This document shows, one piece after another, positions 1 through 11,603 of a stretch of 34,489 nucleotides of DNA. The first letter of the stretch is position 1. Each line of letters starts with the position of its first letter. Below the pieces are notes generated by a model. It was not told the origin of the DNA and searched no databases. It saw nothing but the letters and a program-made list of their open reading frames with translations. The stretch is taken from positions 106,741,709-106,776,197 of the forward strand of contig NC_068987.1 in NCBI RefSeq assembly GCF_001194135.2. Direction: 5' to 3'. The translations under genes and the position numbers were made by a program. Origin of the DNA: Octopus bimaculoides. Taxonomy: Eukaryota.

Positions 1-59
1 TATATATATATATATTCATACATATATACATATACATATATATATACGTTTATATATTC

Positions 60-330
60 GTTTTGCAAGATTCTTGATGTGAAATCGTGTACTGAAACAT
101 ATATTTTGGTATTTGGGGATGGTCATGTTGCCAGTTTAGCCAATAAAAACACACGCACTATATATTTGGTGTTAATTTGCTTCAGCTTTATTTTATTTTT
201 TACATTAATCGTAAAGCAAAGGACCCCTGATGAGGTCACAGTAGTGTGACGAAAGAATTCTGGCCGAAATACGAACTCTGGCCGAAATATCAGTATTTAA
301 AAAAATATTTTATTGTACATTTTCTAATAA
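60..330 (+). mobile_element. Probable Penelope-like pseudo-LTR remnant with hammerhead-like core
   Basis: CTGATGA (227-233), a perfect hairpin GTCACA-gtag-TGTGAC and GAAA (251-254), then ggccGAAAtat twice, an AT-rich tract and AATAAA. This layout is typical of Penelope-like pLTR ends. Confidence 0.5.
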
Positions 331-799
331 AAACTTCCCCGTCCACTGTTAAGCCGACATGTTCGACACGAAAGACCTGTGTATCTACTGAATGCGCATA
401 GGTGCGGCAGATACACATACACACACACACTCATACGCAAATATGGATATACTTACAGAGATGTCTATGCGTATATGTGATTATATAATGTTAAAAAAGA
501 TGAAAAGGAATATCTAATCACATTGAGCATCGAAAACTCCACTTCGTGCTGTGATGTGGACACGAACTTGGGACGTATTCCAAGAGTTGAAATAGGATTG
601 AAAATCGATTAGCCCTAATAGAAGATGAAATATGAAAACCAGAATTGGCTGACAACAACTATAAGAAAAGAAACATCATACACCGCTTTGGATTAACAAT
701 TGCACTAAATATCAAGAATCACAGTGAAAACCGAGAAACAAATCGAAGACAATCTAGACATGGCACTTACAGATGAATCTTTCTGTCAGCCTAGAGCTG

Positions 800-945
800 A
801 TTGCAACTCAATATTGACTTTGATCTTTTATCATTCGCGGATCGATGATATAAGCATCTGTTAAGTTCTAGGGTCGATACATTCGACTATTTCCAGTTTA
901 GCCAAAATTTTTGGCATTGTACCTCCTATGTTAGAAATCAATATA
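800..945 (+). mobile_element. SINE central/3' fragment (Meta-domain-like family)
   Basis: ttgactttgatcttttatcattcgcggatcgatgatataagcatctgtt..ggtcgatacattcgacta aligns with the copies at 2449, 15420 and 33220. Confidence 0.6.
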
Positions 946-1051
946 TTTCTGATATTACAAAATATTCCTTGTTATTCTTGAAAAATTCCTCTTAGATGTA
1001 CCAATGCATTCGGTACGAAGATTCTCTATCATTTTTTTTTGTTCTTTTCAG

Positions 1052-1114
1052 CCGCTGGCTAAGTGAAGTACGAACAGGATGACTTTTGATAAGAAAAGAA
1101 GTTTCCATTCCTCG
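1052..1114 (+). other. Tentative exon (possible 5'UTR plus start, MTFDKKRSFHSS)
   Basis: Strong acceptor tttttttttgttcttttcag and donor gtatgg. All three frames entering the exon are closed, but an ATG at 1079 is open to the donor. Confidence 0.2.
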
Positions 1115-1798
1115 GTATGGTGGTTCGAAAGCATTTACAAATGCGTGTATTTGGTCATTCTCTAGTGAGTTCTGATCAAGCAGAGCTATGTTAAGGGCTG
1201 ATCCAATCAAATCCGTGGCTGGAATTGAAGCAAAAATTGTTTTCTATTTCCATTAACTAGATCGACCGATTGCATGAATGACTTGTGCATATGAATGAAA
1301 ACCTGAGACTATTAGATAACTACCAATCTAATAACGGCATAGATATAGACACAAACGCACAAACACAAAACAGACACACACGCGCGCAAGCACAAACGCG
1401 TACTCGCGTGCAATCACACAAACACACACGTGTGTATGTATATATATATATATATAAATATACANNNNNNNNNNNNNNNNNNNNNNNNNNNNNNNNNNNN
1501 NNNNNNNNNNNNNNNNNNNNNNNNNNNNNNNNNNNNNNNNNNNNNNNNNNNNNNNNNNNNNNNNNNNNNNNNNNNNNNNNNNNNNNNNNNNNNNNNNNNN
1601 NNNNNNNNNNNNNNNNNNNNNNNNNNNNNNNNNNNNNNNNNNNNNNNNNNNNNNNNNNNNNNNNNNNNNNNNNNNNNNNNNNNNNNNNNNNNNNNNNNNN
1701 NNNNNNNNNNNNNNNNNNNNNNNNNNNNNNNNNNNNNNNNNNNNNNNNNNNNNNNNNNNNNNNNNNNNNNNNNNNNNNNNNNNNNNNNNNNNNNNNNN

Positions 1799-1847
<49 letters not shown>

Positions 1848-2039
1848 TTCATTTCTCTATACAAGGTATTTTATCTATAGTGAAGTAGGACGTAAATGCG
1901 AGAGAAGAAATAATTCCTGATAATATATACTGTTAGAGAGAAGTTACGCAAAGATACTGAGAAGAACAAATACTACAGTATAATGTATAATAGGTCGGAC
2001 AAAAATGAAGGAAAAGGATATCGTGATGTTATTATTAAT

Positions 2040-2149
2040 CTTCTTCTTCTTCTTCTTCTTCTTCTTCTTCTTCTTCTTCTTCTTCTTCTTCTTCTTCTTC
2101 TTCTTCTTCTTCTTCTTCTTCTTCTTCTTCTTCTTCTTCTTCTTCTTCT
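2040..2149. repeat. (CTT)n microsatellite
   Basis: About 36 perfect units; source of the poly-L and poly-R ORFs. Confidence 0.99.
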
Positions 2150-2386
2150 ACATATTATTATTATTTTATGTTTGACTTTTGTTCTGCATTTGTACAAGTT
2201 GGATCCAAGTCTCACCCAGAGACCTCAAGAGAGAACAAGTTAGATGTTCATGTAGGTGTTATGCCTAGGGTACCATATATTTGGATTTGTACATAGTGTT
2301 GGTCTAGAGAATGTTTAAGAAACCATCAGACAATTATATGTTTGTTTTAAAATTTGAGATCACATAGACAGTATTTTACGTAGAAT

Positions 2387-2447
2387 TTATTATTATTATT
2401 ATTACTATTATTATTATTATTATTGTTATTATTTTTATTATTATTAT
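2387..2447. repeat. (TTA)n microsatellite
   Basis: Seen directly. Confidence 0.98.
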
Positions 2448-2448
2448 G

Positions 2449-2579
2449 AATGCGATTTTGGCAGAACCCTTCTTAATTTAAATTCCGCTGAGTTCGACTT
2501 TACTTTTCATCTTTTTGGTGTTGGTGAAAGAACTACCAATTACTGGGATCGATGTAATTAACTGACGTCCCTCCCCAAA

Positions 2580-2580
<1 letters not shown>
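2449..2580 (+). mobile_element. SINE fragment (Meta-domain-like family) between two (TTA)n arrays
   Basis: aaattccgctgagttcgactttacttttcatctttttggtg..tactgggatcgatgtaattaact..ctccccaaa, followed by (ATT)n. Confidence 0.7.
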
Positions 2581-2642
<62 letters not shown>

Positions 2643-2722
2643 CATTATTATTATTATTTTTAATATCATCATCAACATGATTATCATTATCATCATTATT
2701 ATTATTATTATCATTATTATTA

Positions 2723-2775
<53 letters not shown>

Positions 2776-2800
2776 GTTATTATTACTATTATTATTATCA
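2581..2800. repeat. (TTA)n/(TCA)n compound microsatellite; tail of Dong remnant 1
   Basis: Seen directly; abuts the element 3' end. Confidence 0.98.
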
Positions 2801-2801
2801 T

Positions 2802-3495
2802 TGCCTTTGCAGTGTCAGCTGTTCACTACCAGTGAACTAAGGTAACACCTCTTATTTTTCGAGCACCTTCCGGAGTATTCGAGCGGTTCCAAAGCAGTGC
2901 TGTTTCCTGCAAGGTCTCCATCTTTATTGCAGCCCCTATTTGTTCAACGTACATCCCGAGATTTTTACTCACTGTCCCCAGGGCTCTGACAATTATTGGT
3001 ACTACTGCTACTTTTTTTATCGACCACAGCTGCTTAACTTGCCAAGCTAACCAGTCATATCTCTCGACTTTTCTTTCTCCCTTATCGCATACCTTGTTAT
3101 CAGCTGGGCATGCTATATCTATGATCCAGCATAGTTTGTTTTCTTTCTCAATAGAGACTATGTCTGTCTTCCTATTCTCTATCCCATGCTCGCACTGAAT
3201 CATAACATCCCATAGGATATTTGCATTTCTCTTTTCGATGATGCCTTCAGGTTTGTGGTCGTACCAATTTTTGCTCTGTCAGGTCCATACTTGTTGCAAA
3301 GTGCCCAATGGACAAGCCTGGCGTCTTTTACATTCCTTCTGGGCTAGTGGCGTACATTGGCTGCTAAGATGCCATACGGTTTCATCGTTTTGTCAACAGA
3401 TTCTGCACTTATCATTTTCTACTGTGTTGTCTATTCTCTATTTTATGTAGGTTGTTCATAGTGCTTGCTCTTGGGCAGCACAGATTCGAGATCTG
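2802..3495 (-). mobile_element. R4/Dong-clade non-LTR retrotransposon 3' remnant (CCHC zinc knuckle + restriction-like endonuclease), pseudogenised
   Basis: Manual minus-strand translation: AAQEQAL*TTYIK*RIDNTVENDKCRIC*QNDETVWHLSSQCTPLAQKECKRR..LVHWALCNKYG..WYDHKPE..ILWDVMIQCEHGIENRKTDIVSIEKENKLCWIIDIACPAD..KVERYDWLAWQVKQLW..VAVVPIIVRALG..LQETALL/GTARILRKVLEK*. The CxxC-H-C knuckle, HxRxDIV and IIDIACP motifs are typical of R4/Dong RLE elements. It has stops and frameshifts and ends in a (TAA)n tail. Confidence 0.92.
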
Positions 3496-4338
3496 TGAAG
3501 GATAAGAAATGTTATACTATAATTGAAAACTTGGGGAGAGGGAGTGGCAAGGTTATTTGCGAAATATCATCATGTAATACAACACAAACATTTAAATGGG
3601 TAGGGCTTTTCTAAGGATGTGAGCAGTACTTGTTAGCTTCATCTTTTAGATTTCTCTGAGACATGGATCTCATGGGATATCAACTAGATCTTTCTGACAT
3701 CCCTTTTTTTTATCATACCGAGACTCTATTGGCCACACAATAAAAAACAACAACACCAAAGCTAATATTTCATCCATTGTCCCTCATTAATATCGTAAAT
3801 ACCTGAAACTAATGAAGTAAATACATTATAAGCATTGTATTTCTGATATACTCCAGTTGCATTATTTTATTTTAATATTGCAATATCCAGTTCATCCTGA
3901 TAAGAATACTGAAAAGCGGGTGCTTTGCATATTATTCGTTCAACTTTAGTTTTATAAACTATCCCCTGCAACCAGCGATTCACAAATATGAATTGATGCA
4001 AACAATTACATTGATATCACCAAATGGATACCCACTTCCCATCCTAAACAACACAAACTAAGGAACTAAATTATTAACGAGCATGAGACCACTTTTGCTT
4101 TAACGTATTTCCTTTCATCTAAATGTGTTCCTGCCCATTTATGTTATTCAGGACATAAGAGAGTTTGTGTGAATCTTTGGTCACTTAGGTGTCTTCAGTT
4201 GACCCAACATTTTAGAAATTTTCCAAATCAAACCGACTAAGATAACAGTTTGCTAATTCATATATTACATATAGTTGGTGTTATGTTCACGAGGAAACTA
4301 ACTTTTACTTTTCTTTTTTAAATCACACACTGCTTTCA

Positions 4339-4370
4339 TTTCTTTCTTTCTTTCTTTCTTTCTTTCTTTC
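4339..4370. repeat. (TTTC)n microsatellite
   Basis: Seen directly. Confidence 0.97.
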
Positions 4371-5639
4371 ACACTGCGGTTCTATTCCTTAAAAAGTGTT
4401 CATGTAAGACGTAGTTGCTTTGTTAGTAAAAGTTTAGATACTAACATAATAATTAAACATTAGGTGTTGACTAAATTAATTTGTTGGCCTGTCCGTTGTA
4501 CGAGGTGTGCACTAATTAACAGGTAACAATCTAAACTCAGTTATTGCAACGGACCACAGCTGAGTTGTGAATGTATTGTATTAATGGTGTCACTAATAAT
4601 AGCGGCTCGTTCGTGTGTTCTGATGTTCATGTAACTTAAAAGCAGTAACATGATTTTTCCACTCTGTAACAATTTTTAAATTGTTAATATTTTATAGAAG
4701 ATGCTGATCTCGGATTAAATTGATTTACAGTATAGTTCTAAGACAAACTTAGTATTTTAAAGATTACATTTGTAAGAGATAAGAGAATTAGACTAAACAA
4801 ATACTAACAAAGATTTAGGAATAAGTTGCGTAAACCTACGCAAATGTTCACAAGAGTAAGAAGATGAAAACATATCAAATGAGAAATATGATAACTAAAT
4901 TGAATGGACAACACTGAATGATAAACAATAAATTTATAGGTATACATATTCTATCTATGCTCCTATAAGTTGTATCCTATAAGTTGGATGGTAAAACAAA
5001 CTACAAGTACTAGATAGGTAAGCCAGGAATATAATGACAGCAGATATAATGCACGACCTATAGTTTCTCTTAAACAAGCGTAGAGGTTTGTCTGTATCCT
5101 GCCTCTGTGAACATATAAAATATCTGCTCTAGATGCACCACAAAATATCTTGTCAGGATAATGGTGATATATAGAAATAACCATAATGTAGACACAAAAC
5201 AAAGAATACTTTTATCCCTTCCACTATAAAACACGCTGAGATGCATAAAAACCAATAAAGCGTTTGCAAAAAGAATCACTTGCTGTTATTATAGATGTAA
5301 TTTGAAGGGAAACTGGGATGGTATAATATGTTTAGACGCTAGTGAGTTTGTATAAGGTTAAATAAAACTTGAAAAGTAAGGGCAAAGTGGAAGGAGATAA
5401 GGAAAATAATGGTTAACGCCTTTAGATTAAAGTAAAAAAAAAAAATGAAACCTGAGAGCATAGGAATTTTATTGGCGGTATGAAACAGCTCCCAAGGTTA
5501 TTAAAAGTACACTGATGCAGATTGTAGACATAATTTTCAATATATAACGGTTATGAATCTATGAATCGAATTATTTCTGAGTGCGCAGTGCTAATGTGTG
5601 CGTTTGTGTGCGTGTATTTGGCAGGCTATCGGATGTTAT

Positions 5640-5880
5640 ACATCGCTGCTCACAATCTGCTTCCACGCATAATTTTAGCATTTGAATGATACTAACAAAT
5701 TAGTTAGGCTGACAGGTAAACATTCCACCTGAACGGAAGCCCAGACCGTCGCACAGTTATTGGTTTAAAGCTGAATGAACTGGAGCAACGTGAAATGAAA
5801 TAATTTACTCGATATTACGACGCACCGACGGTTTTGAACATGAACTGAGGTCTTGCGATCGTGGGTGCAACGCCTTTCCC
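5640..5880 (-). mobile_element. tRNA-derived SINE, degenerate
   Basis: Minus strand has a tRNA-like head (cacgatcgcaagacc..gttcatgttc) followed by tttcacgttgctccagttcattcagct, a typical octopus SINE body. Confidence 0.55.
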
Positions 5881-5956
5881 ACAATATATTTGCATTTGAG
5901 TGTGTGTGTATTTATAAATGTGTGTGCGCGTGTATCTGTGACGGCACCCCCCCCCC

Positions 5957-5988
<32 letters not shown>

Positions 5989-7766
5989 CGTATGTATGTG
6001 TTATATACATGTGAGTTCTCTTTCTCTAATTAATTTTTAAAAATGGATCTATAGGCCATCTGCTCCGTAGCAAGATTATGAGGGAAACCATCTTGTTTTG
6101 TTCTGAACCTTTAAATATTAAGGCCTTGCAGACGTTTATATTTCTGGATATCATGATCCTTTATGGTGTATGAATGAAGCATTAGCGTTTTCTCCCTCAA
6201 GAAACCAGGTGGGTTTGTATGCATTCTCTACGAATGTATGAATGCATCTATGCATGTATGTATAAACGCATGCATGCATGCATATATGTATGTATGTATG
6301 TATGTGCATTTGTGTTTATGCTTTCATTTGTGTTTATGTCTGCATTTGTGCTGAATCATACGATGGAGACAATACAAACATTACATAATAACCAAAAGCA
6401 AGAACCAGTAAAATATATTCCACTGTCTTTCATGGGATGCGGAAAGGACTATGGGATTGTATATACCATTCATTAACAAAAAGAATTTTAAAAGAACTCG
6501 TTCCGATATTATTGTCGGAATCCAAGACGCAGTTGGTGCACGACAACACAATTTATTATAAGACCAACGAAAGAAAAAAATGCATATATATAACGATTAA
6601 TGAACAGAGATACTATAATGCAAGCACCATAGTAAAACACAGAATATCAAAGATTAAAAATTCTGGGAAATGCATTGTAGATTATTGGGCCTCAATATTT
6701 GGTTGGTTCACTCCAAGACAATAACAGAAAAAAGCATTTATTGTGTGATTTGCACTACGAATGAAGAATCATTCAGGCCCACTTCAGTCTATACAAATGC
6801 AATGAGGTAATTAGAAGCTGGTTGTATTTAATCGATACTTTTCTATCAAGGTCAAATACAAGTGTGTACTCTTGGTAAGACTTCTACAAGGATAATCGTT
6901 GTATTTGAATTCTTGAGATTATGACAGTTTCTGAATATAATCGTTTTCTGCTGATACAATTTCTACATTACGATAGATGAAGGTATCAGATGTCAATATA
7001 TTACTTCTATAAGAGCTTAATTGTTAGAAATACGATCATTTCTGAAGAAAATAAAAGAGATATTCTATATTTCCTTCAGTATGAATTTGTCAGTTCGATT
7101 GTGCTTCAAATGTAATTTCCTTTCAAAAGAATACAGACACCCAAGTACAACATACACACATACAACACGCACACAAACAAACACACACATGATCACACAA
7201 GACAAACACTAAGTATATGTATTTGTATATAAAAGCAGTGGTTCAAATTTGTTTTAGCTTTCAAATTTCATAATTATGGTATGAATATGAAATTATTTCT
7301 TCATTATCTTATACACACACACACACACATATATATNNNNNNNNNNNNNNNNNNNNNNNNNNNNNNNNNNNNNNNNNNNNNNNNNNNNNNNNNNNNNNNN
7401 NNNNNNNNNNNNNNNNNNNNNNNNNNNNNNNNNNNNNNNNNNNNNNNNNNNNNNNNNNNNNNNNNNNNNNNNNNNNNNNNNNNNNNNNNNNNNNNNNNNN
7501 NNNNNNNNNNNNNNNNNNNNNNNNNNNNNNNNNNNNNNNNNNNNNNNNNNNNNNNNNNNNNNNNNNNNNNNNNNNNNNNNNNNNNNNNNNNNNNNNNNNN
7601 NNNNNNNNNNNNNNNNNNNNNNNNNNNNNNNNNNNNNNNNNNNNNNNNNNNNNNNNNNNNNNNNNNNNNNNNNNNNNNNNNNNNNNNNNNNNNNNNNNNN
7701 NNNNNNNNNNNNNNNNNNNNNNNNNNNNNNNNNNNNNNNNNNNNNNNNNNNNNNNNNNNNNNNNNN

Positions 7767-7798
<32 letters not shown>

Positions 7799-7960
7799 CT
7801 GAAATTTATAGAAAATCAAAAGACGAAGACAGGTGTATGAACAACAAGCAGGCGTAGTTTAAAGCCCAGGCAAATGAAAATGTCACTCATATTTCGAGCC
7901 TACGCTCTTCAGCAGAAATGAATAAGAGAAAATAGACACAGAGAGAATGAAATAAAACGT

Positions 7961-7998
7961 ACGTATGTATGTATGTATGTATGTATGTATGTATGTAT
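7961..7998. repeat. (TATG)n microsatellite
   Basis: Seen directly. Confidence 0.97.
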
Positions 7999-8014
7999 GC
8001 ATGCATGTATAGAT

Positions 8015-8225
8015 ACAGGTGTGTGTTTGTTTTCTGTCTGTATTTGGTCCTCCCTGACCGCTTCATAATTTGTGTTTGATTACGTCCGCGTAACCCAATG
8101 ATTCGGCAAATGTTACCGGTAGAATACGTAGCAGATTAAAAGAAAATTAATGCAAGGGTCAGTTTGTTGGACTTGAATCTGTCAAGGTAATGCTCCAGTA
8201 TGGCCGCAGACACTAGTGAAAGATA
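8015..8225 (+). mobile_element. Interspersed SINE-like repeat (family also at 18058, 25895, 26060)
   Basis: ttacgtccgcgtaacc..ttcggcaaa..tcaaggtaatgctccagtatggccgcag matches the reverse complement of 18058-18260. Confidence 0.65.
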
Positions 8226-8839
8226 ATATTAAAAAAATGAATAAATAAATAGATAAATAACAAGTGAAATGGTTTAGTGCACATCCAGCAAAATTACAGT
8301 AAAAAGCCCTAAAACAAGTTGAAGCATAAAATGAATAATATGATAAGTAGCATCTGTTTTATCAATAAAATTACCAAGGACACGGGACACAGGGTGTGTT
8401 ACGGAACATTACAATATTCTAATATTGGTTGCCACTGAAAGAAAGACGAATTATATGCGTGTCCTACTATGGCATCGGTGGGGTTTTGCGGAATGTACAT
8501 AACAAGAAATAAATACGCGACCGTGAAATAAATGTTTGGTGAAGTTGTTAGAGGTAACTTTTTATTGGGTGAGATACGTCGCCAAAATGAAATAGTAGTT
8601 AATATAGAAAATATGGAAATGTTAAAATATTGCAATGTTGACTGAAATGATGGATGGCAAAATGACAGCACAAACGAACGAATTGTTCGTTGTACGATTT
8701 ATAGGGTATATATGATATTTAAAAATAAATAAATAAATGTGTCGGTTTCATTGAAACAGAAACGATTTTGTTACACGGGTGGGGAAGATACGATATGTAT
8801 ATATATATAGTCATATACATAGATATACATATACATACA

Positions 8840-8866
8840 TAATACACACACATATCTGTACATACA

Positions 8867-8962
<96 letters not shown>
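8840..8962. repeat. (CA)n(TA)n compound microsatellite
   Basis: Seen directly. Confidence 0.97.
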
Positions 8963-8965
<3 letters not shown>

Positions 8966-9108
8966 ACTGCCAGATGCTCAAACATACATATGTATAATGA
9001 TATATATTCCTTCCGTAAATTGTGTAATCATGTAATCTATTTTACGCAAGCACGAATTGCTAGAACCATTCGCCAATCTACCATCATCTATATTTGATCC
9101 TAAATATC

Positions 9109-9112
9109 TCCT

Positions 9113-9163
<51 letters not shown>
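9109..9163. repeat. (CT)n microsatellite
   Basis: Seen directly. Confidence 0.97.
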
Positions 9164-9164
<1 letters not shown>

Positions 9165-10515
9165 CATCTCGCTCTTTACATACACACACACGCACAATTA
9201 CACAAACACACAATTACACAGACGTATTTATATAATAAAACAGACGAATTGGTTATCTGGTACTGGTTCACTTGCTTCTCTATTATGACATAAACATGTC
9301 TATTCAAATATGTCCTGAGCACAACATAAGCAACTCTCATTTCATCAGGCTTGCCACATATTCTGGCGAGTACTGACATGCTGATTAGTCAACACACAGT
9401 GAACATGTGAAATTTCTAATCAGAATTAAGAAATGTAAAGTGGGTGGGACTACAATCTATCAATCACAAGAGTTGAGTGCAGAGCCAGATTGTAAGTTAA
9501 GACATAGTTAAATGGCATATCTATTTCTAAAGATGTCATTAAAATTAGTTACCTCCATCATAGAAACTGGTACAGGCAAAACACCTTGTATATCAGCAGA
9601 GAGTAGGTACTAAGTACGCCATTTGACCCTATCATAACTTATTTGGAAACAGCTGCCAACGTTACTCTAAAAAGACTTTTAATGTTTACTGTGTTTAATA
9701 CATTAAAGAAGTGACACGTAATGAATTTCAGCATTAATTAATCACTTACTTAATTCGTCTTGATTAAAGTGCTTCGATTAATTATAGCAGAGCTAATAGA
9801 ATATTAGCTTAAATTAGAGGATATCCAGCTAATTATATTTCAGGATAATGACCTAAGGAAAATCACAAAGAACTGCGAAAATCTCTGCGAAAATTCAAAG
9901 GGGGCGGGAAAAGGAAAAGGAAATAATTAAAATATAGAGATAGCCGTAGCCACAGTGACAGCCACTTAATCAATAAATATATGAATAGATACAGAATAGG
10001 ATGAATCTACCGGGGGGGGGGGCGCTCAGCACGGCATTGGTATAGAGGACGGCAATGGCTTAAACAAATAAATGTGTATACTAGATTAATGGAAATAGTT
10101 TTCGCAATAATCAATTTCATATAGGCATATGAATTCATTAATTTATAAATTTATATTAGTTAAATTACAACATTTTGAGAGATCAGTTATATAGCTGTAG
10201 TGAAGTTACAAGTTGAAAGGCTAGAAATAATAAAGGAAGAAAAATAGACCCGATATTCTCAATAACAAAAAACAAAAAAAACAAACAAACGAATACCAAG
10301 CATTCCAATCTTTCTATTAAGCAATATTGTCACAATTTTGTCGAAAATGAAGCTAAACATTTAAAATCATATAGGTACCACTAAAATAATTTAACATTAT
10401 GTGACGTATTGAGACAAGTTTAAAAGAATTTATAAGATTTATGAAATGTTATTATAAAGTCCATAAATCTAAATAAAAGTAGAACGAATTTATAGAATTA
10501 TAATGGATTACAAGT

Positions 10516-10817
10516 GGAGGCGCAATGGCCCAGTGTTTAGGGCAGTGGACTGGCGGTGAAAGGATCGCAGTTTCGATTCCCAGATCAGGCGTTGTGTGTG
10601 TTTATTGAGCGAAAACACATTAAGCTCCACGAGGCTCCGGCAGGGGGTGGTGGCGACCCCTGTTGTACTCTTTCGCACCAACTTTCTCTCACTCTTTCTT
10701 CCTGTTTCTTGAGTAACGCTGTGATGGACTGGCGTCCCCTCCAGCTGGGGGAAACGCATACGGCATAGAAACCGGGCCCATGAGCCTGGCTAGGCTTGAA
10801 AAGGGCGCAAGAAAAAA
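10516..10817 (+). mobile_element. tRNA-derived SINE, near full length (octopus OR-type-like)
   Basis: Pol III A-box TGGCCCAGTGT (10526-10536), B-box-like GTTTCGATTCC (10570-10580) and an A-rich tail. Colinear with the copy at 27597-27905. Degenerate ~21-nt flanking direct repeat. Confidence 0.85.
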
Positions 10818-11568
10818 TGAATTATAGAAGATTACAAAAGTCATAATTAGGGAGGGTGAAGCAAATATCTTAAGCATACCACATAAAGTTAAAAGCAAAT
10901 TTTAAAAAAATGTATTAAATTTAATTATATAAAATCAGACATCGGTATCGTTCGTTAGAGCTAATGGTAGGCAAAATGTCCATGCCACTATCTGAATAAA
11001 AACCTTAGTCTCGTATTTACAGACATCTAACTGATTTGACTGTAGTATTCAACTTTGAAGTGTGCTATAAATATCTTCGGATGCGGAGACAGTTATGCAA
11101 ACATCTATGGACTGTGTATGTTAACAGTGGATTATTCTTCTTGTTGTTTATCGTAAATCCTTCTTCATCCGGTCTTTGTCTTTTCAACAGTAAATAGTCA
11201 TCGGGACTAGTTTGTGACTCACTGATAAAAGTACACGGATGTATATTTGTGGATCTATCATGGGTTATCGATGTAAATTGTCTCTCTAGGAGCATATTGA
11301 TCAAGAATGAAAGAACCATGTGTTTCTTGACAATATAGAAATACGGATTGGAGCTTTTGAGTGGAATTTTAATTGAGAGAATGTCATCAATGCCAGATCT
11401 GCATGTCTTTCTATCCACAGAAAACAATAAGTGAGTATGAAGTAAGCAGTATTTCTGCTATTCTATACATCACACGAACAAATGAAATTCTCCGGATGCC
11501 GATTTTTCGGTAGCTCGTAAATTTTAGTGATAATGACAATATATATGTACACATATATACTACCTCGA

Positions 11569-11603
<35 letters not shown>

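Noticed and set aside
4491-4566. Two interleaved stems (4491-4500 with 4545-4554; 4534-4542 with 4558-4566) suggesting a pseudoknot
   Set aside because: The 9-10-bp stems with wobbles are expected by chance in 34 kb, and loop 3 is too short.
6437-6724. 95-aa ORF
   Set aside because: No recognisable motif, ATG context or splice support; the length is compatible with chance.
11065-11427. 120-aa minus ORF starting FSVDRKTC (EGF-end-like)
   Set aside because: A single short motif with no other EGF cysteines, and an alternative start codon.
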